Below, piece by piece: positions 48,972-57,152 of a stretch of DNA of 64,000 nucleotides. The DNA lies in assembly GCA_903859815.1 (NCBI GenBank), contig CAIOOA010000303.1, forward strand, positions 4,513 to 68,512, read 5' to 3'. The notes beneath the pieces were generated by a model. It was not told the DNA's origin and did not search any database. It was given only the letters and a program-made list of their open reading frames with translations. Source of the stretch: an uncultured Methylococcaceae bacterium (GTDB taxonomy: Bacteria; Pseudomonadota; Gammaproteobacteria; Methylococcales; Methylococcaceae). Position 1 is the stretch's first letter, and each line of letters begins with the position of its first letter. A program made the position numbers and the translations under genes.

Positions 48972-48997
48972 GCTCTGGCGCTCATCAGGTTACACAA

Positions 48998-49400
48998 ATG
49001 CTGGAAGATCGTCATTTCGGCATGGATGCCGAAATCCAGCGTCCAGGGATGGCAAAATGGAACCTGTCGCAATGCTTAACGCAACCGACAAGTGACCTTC
49101 CATGGCCTGGATGCATTCGGGACTTCCTTGTCCCGAACCCTGCGGGCGGCGGAGCCGTGCAAATCGGCTATCCTGCCGATTTGCCCGGCATCCATGCCGG
49201 TATGACGGCTTTACTGAATGGCAGTGATGCAGAACATGGGAACGATAAGATATTATGTCTTACGCCAAGCTCGCAGCGGCGTAACGAAGAGAGCTTTATC
49301 GTCAACAACTCATTATAAACCATCGTAGGAGTGGGCCATGCCCACGAAAATAAGCTGTAGCCCGGATGTAGCCGCTTTGCGGCGAAATCCGGGATGTTCG
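48998..49400. repeat. cluster of REP-like elements
   Basis: 49010-49053 (CGTCATTTCGGCATGGATGCCGAAATCCAGCGTCCAGGGATGGC) recurs inverted at 56759-56803. 49164-49214 is copy B of the hsdS-flanking element. 49350-49398 matches the reverse complement of 56902-56950 at 48 of 49 positions. Confidence 0.75.
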
Positions 49401-49439
49401 TGGCACGTAATTTCCCAGAGGCAAATCCACTGCATATCG

Positions 49440-49775
49440 CCCATTCCAATTTCTTTTGGGCAAATCCACAACTTTTCCGCGAATCCAATTTCTTTTGGGC
49501 AAATCCAATTTGCTTTTCCGCGATTCCAATTTACTTTTCGGCAAAGTAAATTGGATTTGGCGAAAAGCATGTTTACTTTGGGCAAAAGCAAATTGGATTT
49601 GGCCGATTCCAATTGGATTTAGGCAAAAGCAAATTGGATTTTGCCGATTCCAATTGGATTTAGGCAAAAGCAAATTGGATTTGGCCGATTCCAATTGGAT
49701 TTAGGCAAAAGCAAATTGGATTTGGCTGATTCCAATTGGATTTGGGCAAAAGACAATTGGATTTGGCCGATTCCA
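49440..49775. repeat. iteron-like tandem array: 41-bp unit made of two half-units of about 20.5 bp with core AATTGGATTT
   Basis: The unit CCGATTCCAATTGGATTTAGGCAAAAGCAAATTGGATTTGG starts at 49603, 49644, 49685, 49726 and 49767 (period exactly 41). Degenerate copies in the opposite orientation lie at 49458-49540. The dyad CCAATTTACTTT-TCGGC-AAAGTAAATTGG is centred near 49540. Confidence 0.9.
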
Positions 49776-49921
49776 CAGCGATTTTATTGGAATTCCAATA
49801 GAAAAGCCCGGTTTCCAATTGACCTAGACGCTAAACCTGTTTGCTTTTTCCAGCCGCTTTCTGGCAAATTGTAAATCATCCCTGCTTGCCTGCCAAACCG
49901 AGCGCAATGGCCAACTTATTT

Positions 49922-51705
49922 CTATTTTAGCAAAATTTCAAAATTTTCTTGGATGCGTGCTGCCAATAAGACCGCTTTCTGATTCAATTCGTCCAATTCC
50001 AAATGAATGTCCGCCAAGCGTTCTTTGAAATCCTCCTCGTCTTCCTCTGGTTCCACTGTCACGCCGACATAACGGCCCGGAGTCAGGCTGTAATCATTGG
50101 CGGCAATCTCGGTGCGACTCACTAATTTGCACAAGCCCGGCACATCGTCGTATAGACCTAAGGGGAAACGATGGTGCAGCCAATGGGTTTGTTGGATGAA
50201 ATAAACCGCTTGCTTGAATGCTTCCAACACGTGGTCTCGAACACTGGGTTCTTGGTCTTTGCCAAAATCGGCTGAGGTCAGCGCCTTTTTCAATTCGCGG
50301 GCGCGTTTGGCGTTGAATTCCACCCCATTCAATAGGCGTTGAGAGCCTAAAGCCCGGTAATGCTTGTCGGCGGTATCCAATAGCTTGAGCCATGTTTTAT
50401 TCTGGGCTTCGACTTCGGTTTGGGCTGCTTTCAACAGCGGGATGAGCGTTTCCAATTCGGTTTGCCGCCGGACTTGGGCGGTATGCGGGTCTTTCTCGCT
50501 TGGTTCTGGCTCGACGACAACGCGGCCCAAGGTTTCGGTTAGTTTTTCGACGCTGGAGGGGGCTAGTGTGGGGGTTTGCGCGAGAGCGAGTTCGGCGAGA
50601 AAGGCGGGGATGTTCGGCTCACTTGAAATCAATTCGGCATGGCCTTGAAGGGAATCGGCAAAACTTCTTAGCCATCCAGCCAATTCACACAAGCTTTCAT
50701 TATGGGCCTCGATCCGCTGCGGCAAGCAGCTTAGCCATTTCGCCGACGTCTGTTGATACTGGCCGACTAGCGCGATGAATTTTTCCCGCTCGCCGCGATA
50801 AATCCACACGATGGCGCTCAGATTGGCGAGTTGTTCTTCGGTGAATACATGCGAGCGGGCGGATACGACATGGTAGACATGGCGGGCATCTATCATCAAC
50901 ACAGAATCTAGCAAATCTTCCGGCTTGCCTTTGTCGAAAAACCACAGGGTGCAGGGAAGGCTGCGGGTATAGAAGAATTTGGGTCCTATCGACATCATCA
51001 CATCGACATGGCCGGTTTCCACCAGTTTTTGCCGAATATCGCGGTCTTTGTTGCCGGCATCCGAGGCGCTGGAAGCCATGACAAAGCCTGCCCTTCCCGT
51101 GGCATTCAGGAAAGCATAGAAATATTGAATCCACAGGCCATTGGCGTTGGAAATGGCCCCGTTCTTGGCATTGGTTCCGGGAAGGCCAAATGGCAAGCGT
51201 CCGCCTTCACCCACTTGGCCTTCAACCCGTTTGGTATCGACCATGTCAACATTGAACGGCGGATTCGCCATGACGAAATCACACCGCCCGGTCAGCGTGT
51301 GTTGGTCTTCATAAAACGTATTGCCTTGCAAGATGTTGCCGTCCAATCCATGCACGGCGAGGTTCATTTGAGGATTTCGTATTGGTCCTCGATCAGTTGC
51401 ATTGCATCGTCAATCGCCTGACCTACATTCTGGCCCTGCGGAAGGGTGGCGAGGAAATGAAAACGGGCTTGTTCCGGCAAGAATATTGCCGCTTGTCCGG
51501 TGAAATCTTCCTTGCGCGGTTCGCGCAAGGGCTTTCCATCGCGCATAGGGAGTTTTGCCAACACCTGTTTTAATACCGCTTGGTATCGGTTGTCGGCATG
51601 ACGGAGAAAGATGAGTCCCAACACCGGCATGGAGTATTCCGCCGCCGTCAATTTGGAATTGGCGCGGAGTTCGTCCGCGGCTTCCCAGAGTTCAGTTTCT
51701 ATCAA
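49922..51705 (-). pseudogene. hsdM: type I R-M methyltransferase subunit with internal deletion (two ORFs overlapping at ATGA)
   Basis: 51705-51364 encodes the HsdM N-terminal domain (ELWEAADELR...) and stops. 51367-49922 begins MNLAVHGL...FVMANPPFNV (motif IV). No motif I (DPxCGSG-type AdoMet site) is present in either ORF. Confidence 0.7.
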
Positions 51706-51721
51706 GGGAATATCGAAGATT

Positions 51722-51797
<76 letters not shown>

Positions 51798-51878
51798 ATA
51801 ATTTGATTAGCGGATTGGAGTGTGGTGTAAGTATAACTTACACCTATTATAATAACGCTATTGTTGGAGTATTTCAAT

Positions 51879-52122
51879 CTTAGACCAGCAATTCTCATTT
51901 TGAGAAATCGTAGGGTGGGCTAGGTGCGCATTTCAGAAAACCTTCCGTTTATCGTTAAGCTTGGAGCGCACCGTAGCCCACCATTGCCAATCCGCCGCTA
52001 GTTTGGTGGGCTATGGCGCACGGAAAGCACCGAGTGAGGTCAAGGTTCTCGGTGTGTGCGCCTAGCCCACCCTACGGTAGGAGCGTTGGTCACCCCAAAA
52101 TGAGAATTGCTGAGCTTAGACC
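51879..52122. mobile_element. MITE-like element with terminal and nested inverted repeats
   Basis: A 16-17 bp perfect TIR, (C)AGCAATTCTCATTTTG, at 51886-51902 and 52096-52112. Inner inverted repeat CGTAGGGTGGGCTAGG at 51909-51930 and 52057-76. A further pair GCGCACCGTAGCCCACC / GGTGGGCTATGGCGC. CTTAGAC(C) lies on both outer sides. No ORF. Confidence 0.6.
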
Positions 52123-52149
52123 GACTAGGTTTTGAAAACCGAGTCGGTC
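52119..52149. repeat. palindromic element GACCGACT(A/C)GGTTTT-AAAACCGAGTCGGTC, copy 1 (10 nt after the cysG stop)
   Basis: Near-perfect hairpin. An almost identical copy lies at 59086-59114, just after the proA stop. No U-tract follows either copy on the transcribed strand. Confidence 0.65.
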
Positions 52150-52159
52150 AACTTTCCTT

Positions 52160-53542
52160 TTATCCATTACCGAACCACGCCAGTTTTTCATGCAGCCTCA
52201 CCACGTCTCCGACAATCACTAAGGTGGGGGCTTTCACATCGGTGTTAGCCACTTTTACCGGCAAATCGGCCAATGTTCCCGTCAATACCCGTTGATGGCG
52301 GGTAGTACCTTGTTGAATCAACGCGGCGGGTAAATTGGATGGGCAACCGTGATTGATGAGTTCGGCGCAGATTTGCGACAAACCTTGCAAACCCATGTAA
52401 ATCACCAACGTTTGATTGGGAACCGCCAGCCGGTCCCATTCCAAATCGATGGTTCCATCTTTCAAATGCCCGGTGACGAACGCACAAGATTGGGCATAAT
52501 CCCGATGGGTCAACGGTATGCCGGCATAAGCGGCACAACCGGAGGCAGCCGTGATGCCCGGCACGACTTGGAAATGGATGCCCTCCCCCATCAAAGTTTC
52601 GATTTCCTCGCCGCCTCGACCAAAGATGAACGGATCGCCGCCTTTCAAACGCACCACTCGACGACCGGCTTTGGCGAGCTCAATCAGCAAGCGGTTGATT
52701 TCCGGTTGCGGCAAGGCATGGTTGCTGCTTTGTTTGCCGGCGTAAATTTTCTCCGAATCTTTGCGCAATAATCCCATGATTTCCGGCGATACCAGCCGGT
52801 CATACACCACGACATCGGCTTCTTGCATCAAGCGCAGGGCGCGCAAGGTCAGCAAATCCGGGTCTCCCGGACCCGCACCCACTAAGAAGACCATCCCGGT
52901 TTTGGATGTGTCTGTTTCCCGTAAACGCTGCTCCAATTGTAAAGCCGCGTCGTCTTCACGGCCTGCCAGAGCAAGATCAGCCACTTGGCCTTGCAAGACT
53001 TCTTCCCAGAAATGTCGGCGTTGCTCGCCATCGGAAATGACTTGTTTGACGGGTTGCCGAAAGCGGTCCGCCAATCTTGCCAAGGAACCATATCCCGGCG
53101 GAATTAAAGCTTCCAGCTTGATTCTTAACAATCTTGCCAATACTGGCGACGATCCTCCTGATGAAATCGCCGCCACGATGGGTGAGCGGTCAATGATGGC
53201 AGGAAAAATGAAGCTGCACAATGACGGGCAATCAACGACATTCACCGGGATATTGCGCGATTGGGCGGCATGGTAAACCTGCTCGTTAACCGAGCGGAGG
53301 GAAGTCGCGCTGATGACGAGTTTGAAGCCGTCCACATCGTCGGGTGTGAATAGCTTTTCCCACCAGACTATCTCGCCAAGTTGATGCAATGCTTGCAAAG
53401 AGGAATACAATTGCGGGGACACCACGGTGACTTTCGCGCCCGCTTGGCGTAAGGTGGCAAGCTTGCGCGAGGCCACTTCACCGCCGCCGACAATCAGGCA
53501 TGGTTGGTCGGTTAGTTTGAAAAACAGGGGTAAATAATCCAT
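52160..53542 (-). CDS. cysG: siroheme synthase (multifunctional CysG)
   Basis: 460 aa from the ATG at 53542. [23 protein letters not shown] (NAD site) and [17 protein letters not shown] (SAM methylase). The 581-aa ORF-track version adds an unsupported extension antisense to tusA. Confidence 0.9.
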   Translation of the reverse strand: MDYLPLFFKLTDQPCLIVGGGEVASRKLATLRQAGAKVTVVSPQLYSSLQALHQLGEIVWWEKLFTPDDVDGFKLVISATSLRSVNEQVYHAAQSRNIPVNVVDCPSLCSFIFPAIIDRSPIVAAISSGGSSPVLARLLRIKLEALIPPGYGSLARLADRFRQPVKQVISDGEQRRHFWEEVLQGQVADLALAGREDDAALQLEQRLRETDTSKTGMVFLVGAGPGDPDLLTLRALRLMQEADVVVYDRLVSPEIMGLLRKDSEKIYAGKQSSNHALPQPEINRLLIELAKAGRRVVRLKGGDPFIFGRGGEEIETLMGEGIHFQVVPGITAASGCAAYAGIPLTHRDYAQSCAFVTGHLKDGTIDLEWDRLAVPNQTLVIYMGLQGLSQICAELINHGCPSNLPAALIQQGTTRHQRVLTGTLADLPVKVANTDVKAPTLVIVGDVVRLHEKLAWFGNG

Positions 53543-53602
53543 AGACCTTCGCTTTTGGTAGAATCGTAAGTCTATTGTATGTCGGGAGACGAAACAGTGA
53601 CT

Positions 53603-53836
53603 ATGCCAGAATTCGATTTTGAGGTGGATGCTTGCGGGCTGATGTGCCCCCTGCCCTTGTTGCGACTGAAAAAAGCCCTGCAAGGCTTGGAAAACGGGAA
53701 GGTTGTCTTGGTATTGGCGACCGACCCCGCCGCCGTGCTGGATTTTGGCGTGTTCATCGAACAAGCCGGCCATGCGTTGTTGCACAGCGAAGAACAGAAT
53801 GGGGTGTTGAGGTTTTTGATTAGGAAGGGGGGGTAG
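53603..53836 (+). CDS. tusA: TusA/SirA-family sulfurtransferase
   Basis: [14 protein letters not shown] (CPxP motif), DPAAVLDF, and a C-terminal FLIRKGG as in E. coli TusA. An alternative ATG lies at 53579. Confidence 0.85.
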   Translation: MPEFDFEVDACGLMCPLPLLRLKKALQGLENGKVVLVLATDPAAVLDFGVFIEQAGHALLHSEEQNGVLRFLIRKGG

Positions 53837-53842
53837 GATTTT

Positions 53843-55162
53843 ATGGAAGCTAATGAAATGATTTATCCAGTCGCTACCGTGGCCGATGCGTATGATGTCT
53901 GCCACCCTGAAACCCCATTGGAAGACGTGAATGACACCCGCTTCGTGGATTTGACTGCGGTTCGAGGCGGTGAAAATTTAGTCAACTCTATAGCCTTTGC
54001 CATTGAACGCACCCGTTCACCTAATTTTCACCGGCAATTAGTCACCGGGCATAAGGGATGCGGCAAGACCACAGAATTATTTCGCTTGAAAGACAGGCTA
54101 GAAAATCATGGTTTTTTTGTTGTTTACCTAGATGTGCAGGAAATTTTGGACTTAGGTGATATTAGTTACCTTGATGTAATCATAGGTATTGCCAAGGCAA
54201 TCGTGGGAAATTTAGATGCTGCCGGTATTGGACTCAACAAAGAATTGTTGCATGAAATACTTCAATGGTTTGCAGAAAAATCCATTATTGAAGAGCGCAA
54301 TACGGAATCCGAAGGTAAAGTCAAGGTAGGCTTTAGCATTTCGGCAAGTATTCCATTCTTATCTAAGGCTCTAGCTGAAACCACAGGCCATATCAAAAGT
54401 GGCAGCAAACGACGTGAGGAAATCCGCACGACCTTGGAACGTGAGCTATCCCAGTTGCTTGAACGTTTAAACACTTTAATTGATGATGCCAGAACTCGAC
54501 TAAGGCAGAATGATTACAAAGATTTAGTGGTCATTGTGGATCAACTTGAAAAAATGGCTTATCGAACTAACAAGGATGGCCTATCTAACCAAAAGGAGCT
54601 TTTTGTTCATCATGCAGGTCAATTGAAAAGTCTGCATTGCCATACCATTTATACAGTACCCATCAATCTTGTCTATAGTGCCAATCTAGGGGATACTTTT
54701 GGAAGTGATGCTACTTTTATCATTCCAATGGTGGATACCCAGAAAACTGATGGCAAGGAAAAACTTACTCAGGTGGTAGCCCGCCGTATTAATATTGACC
54801 AAGTATTCGCGGAAGCTGAATTGGTAGACAAGTTAATCATGATGTGTGGCGGCTCCTTGCGCGACCTATTCAGATTAATCCGCTTAGCTTGTCAAAATAC
54901 CGATGAAAAAATCACCTTAGAAGATGTCGAAAGGGCCATACGCGCCTTGATTCGGGAATTTGATCTTTTAGTTCGGGAAGAAGACATTCCGTTATTGAAA
55001 AGGGTTGAAAAAATCAAACATGTCGATAGAAGTTTTGCCGATTTATTGGAACGCCGTATTATTCACGAATACCAAAATGGTGAACGTTGGGCTGATTTGC
55101 ATCCGGCGGTTCGGGCAATTGCATGGGTTGATCGCGAACTGAATCCACCAGCTATCTTATGA
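53843..55162 (+). CDS. ORC/Cdc6-like AAA+ (P-loop) ATPase
   Basis: 439 aa. Walker [13 protein letters not shown], Walker B-like [10 protein letters not shown], lid/sensor-2-like [14 protein letters not shown], helical (winged-helix-like) C-terminus. AT-rich. Confidence 0.65.
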   Translation: MEANEMIYPVATVADAYDVCHPETPLEDVNDTRFVDLTAVRGGENLVNSIAFAIERTRSPNFHRQLVTGHKGCGKTTELFRLKDRLENHGFFVVYLDVQEILDLGDISYLDVIIGIAKAIVGNLDAAGIGLNKELLHEILQWFAEKSIIEERNTESEGKVKVGFSISASIPFLSKALAETTGHIKSGSKRREEIRTTLERELSQLLERLNTLIDDARTRLRQNDYKDLVVIVDQLEKMAYRTNKDGLSNQKELFVHHAGQLKSLHCHTIYTVPINLVYSANLGDTFGSDATFIIPMVDTQKTDGKEKLTQVVARRINIDQVFAEAELVDKLIMMCGGSLRDLFRLIRLACQNTDEKITLEDVERAIRALIREFDLLVREEDIPLLKRVEKIKHVDRSFADLLERRIIHEYQNGERWADLHPAVRAIAWVDRELNPPAIL

Positions 55163-56577
55163 AAACTGAAAGTGTTATTGATCAGGCTGATCGTGAATCT
55201 GAGCTACCTCGATTGCTCTGGGTATTGCGCCACGGCAAAGGGTTTGGATTGTATTTTGTCTGTTGCAATGCCCTTGCCTATCGTCGTGAGTTAGTCGAAA
55301 AGATCAAAGCCGAATATGCTCAACCCATTCTTGAATTCGATCTAACCGGGCATGATGGCGAAGCCTATATCGATCATCGGTTACTGACTTGGGCCGAGGA
55401 TAAAACGCCCGGAGCGCCGGTGTTTTGTTATGGTTTGGAAACTTTATTGCCTACCCGTGATGAGGATCGCCAATTCCGCACCTTACAGGAAATCAATTGG
55501 CGGCGGAATGTGTATAGCCAACTCAACCGTAATTTGGTGATTTGGTTGCCGGAATATGCGCTTAACCTGTTGGCGCGAACCGCATCGGATTTTTATGACT
55601 GGCACACTGCGGTATTTGAGTTTCCCGTGCCGGATTCGGAAAAATCTCATTTGATCGGACAATCCATGTTGGGTTTTATGGAAGGGGAAACCCATGCCGC
55701 CAACCGAATGACTTTGGAGGAAAAAAAGCGTTGGTTAAGTGTGTTGAATGGACTATTGGATGAAACGCCCAAGGATACTGTGGAATATGCTAGGTTGTTA
55801 TATGATAGGGGGCGTTTGTTTAGATCATTCGCAAAATATGAGGATGCTTTAAATGATCATCTGCAATGCCTAACTATATATCAATCTTTGGATGATAAAA
55901 AATGCATTAGCATGGCATTGAATGATATTTCAAGAATATATCGTATTATTGGAGATTATGATAAGGCACTATACTATATTGATATTGCTCTTGCTGTCGC
56001 TAATGAAATGGGAAATCACTTAGAGGAGCAGTTAACACTTAATAATATTGGAAGGTTATATTTCTCCATGGGAGATTACGATAAGGCATTGGCTATTTTC
56101 GAAAAAGCTCTGGATTATCGACAGTTAACTGGTGATAGAGCTACAGAAGCAGCAACTTTAGATAATATTGCTCTTATTTATATTAAAAAGGGATTATATG
56201 AAAAGTCATTAGAATATCTAAGAGAGGTATTGTCAATATGTCGTGAAATTGGACATCGCGCTCTTGAAGCATCAGCTATCAATAACATGTCGCGCATATA
56301 TTTAGCATTAGGTAATTATAATAAAGCTTTGGCTTTTGCTGAAGACGCGCAAGAAATTCAGCAAGAAATCGGTCATCTTGCTGGTTTATGTAGGAGTTTA
56401 TCGAATAAGGGAATGATATATTTTAAACAAGGAAACCTAACTGAAGCCGAATTTGCATGGTTACAAGCTTTTCGTATAGCCAAAGAAATCGGCCTTGCAG
56501 AAACCTTGCAAGAATTAGAAAAATATGCAAATGATTTAGGAAATAATGGTTTGAAATTTTGGGAATCCAAAGTGTAA
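55159..56577 (+). CDS. TPR-repeat protein with P-loop-less NTPase-like N-terminal domain
   Basis: 472 aa. 4-bp ATGA overlap with the ATPase gene. The N-terminal ~170 aa has strand-like FGLYFVCCN / PVFCYGLE / NLVIWLP segments but no GK[ST]. The C-terminal half holds about 6-7 KLC-type repeats of about 40 aa (LNNIGRLYFSMGDYDKALAIFEKAL...). Confidence 0.7.
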   Translation: MKTESVIDQADRESELPRLLWVLRHGKGFGLYFVCCNALAYRRELVEKIKAEYAQPILEFDLTGHDGEAYIDHRLLTWAEDKTPGAPVFCYGLETLLPTRDEDRQFRTLQEINWRRNVYSQLNRNLVIWLPEYALNLLARTASDFYDWHTAVFEFPVPDSEKSHLIGQSMLGFMEGETHAANRMTLEEKKRWLSVLNGLLDETPKDTVEYARLLYDRGRLFRSFAKYEDALNDHLQCLTIYQSLDDKKCISMALNDISRIYRIIGDYDKALYYIDIALAVANEMGNHLEEQLTLNNIGRLYFSMGDYDKALAIFEKALDYRQLTGDRATEAATLDNIALIYIKKGLYEKSLEYLREVLSICREIGHRALEASAINNMSRIYLALGNYNKALAFAEDAQEIQQEIGHLAGLCRSLSNKGMIYFKQGNLTEAEFAWLQAFRIAKEIGLAETLQELEKYANDLGNNGLKFWESKV

Positions 56578-56659
56578 GGTGGTTTGATGCCTGAGGAATC
56601 TACATATATTGAGAAAATATTATGCTCGTTTCCAAGTTCCTTCTTCACTTCCATTAGGT

Positions 56660-57140
56660 TAAGCCGTCATACTGGCATGAATACCGGTATCTAGGGCATG
56701 GATGGTTACTATCAGTTGGCATAAGTGCTTGATTAAGCGTAAAAGCTGATTATAGCTTGCCATCCATGGACGCTGGATTCCGACATCCCTGATCGGAATG
56801 ACGGTTTTTCCTGTTTCATGCGATAGCCTTGGTCTTAACCCGAAAGGAGCTAAAGTAATCCTTGATAATCGGAGCCACGAACCCGTCGGCTTCAATCAGA
56901 TAACATCCCGGATTACGCCGCAAAGCGGCTACATCCGGGCTACAGCTTATGCCTTAACTTAAAGGCAGTGACGCTTCAAGGGGGTACTGTATTTTCGCTC
57001 GTTCCTAAGCTCCAGAGACTGTGAAAATATTCGATTTTTTTGACCCTTGTGAGTAGGGGCATTAGGCGGATAACGGAATGTAATCCGCCGAATCGCCAAT
57101 CCCTCCATTCGGCGGAACCCGTCCTTAGGTTCCGCCTTTA
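56660..57140. repeat. intergenic cluster of REP-like elements
   Basis: 56759-56803 and 56902-56950 are inverted copies of elements at 49010-49053 and 49350-49398. 57055-57140 carries GGCGGATAACGGAATGTAATCCGCC-type palindromes. Confidence 0.7.
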
Positions 57141-57152
57141 CGATCCTTACAT

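Noticed and set aside
49440-49775. Possible CRISPR array, because of regularly spaced repeats.
   Set aside because: The 41-bp units are contiguous with no unique spacers. The units contain internal half-repeats, part of the array is inverted, and no cas genes are nearby.
48998-49874. ORF-track peptides of 77-130 aa on both strands (48998-49318, 49168-49488, 49302-49694, 49313-49612, 49338-49622, 49456-49704, 49641-49874).
   Set aside because: They are translations of REP elements and the 41-bp tandem array (periodic peptides such as SNWI..KSKLDL). They overlap one another in several frames and have no start context or protein-like composition.
47718-49921. Phase-variable (invertible or shufflon-type) hsdS locus.
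   Set aside because: There is only one hsdS gene, no second partial hsdS copy, no inverted repeats inside the coding sequence and no recombinase gene. The flanking repeats are direct REP-like copies.
53543-53905. The 121-aa N-terminal extension of the cysG ORF (581-aa version).
   Set aside because: The extension has no CysG similarity and lies antisense to a well-supported tusA gene. The canonical CysG N-terminus MDYLPLFF starts at the ATG at 53542.
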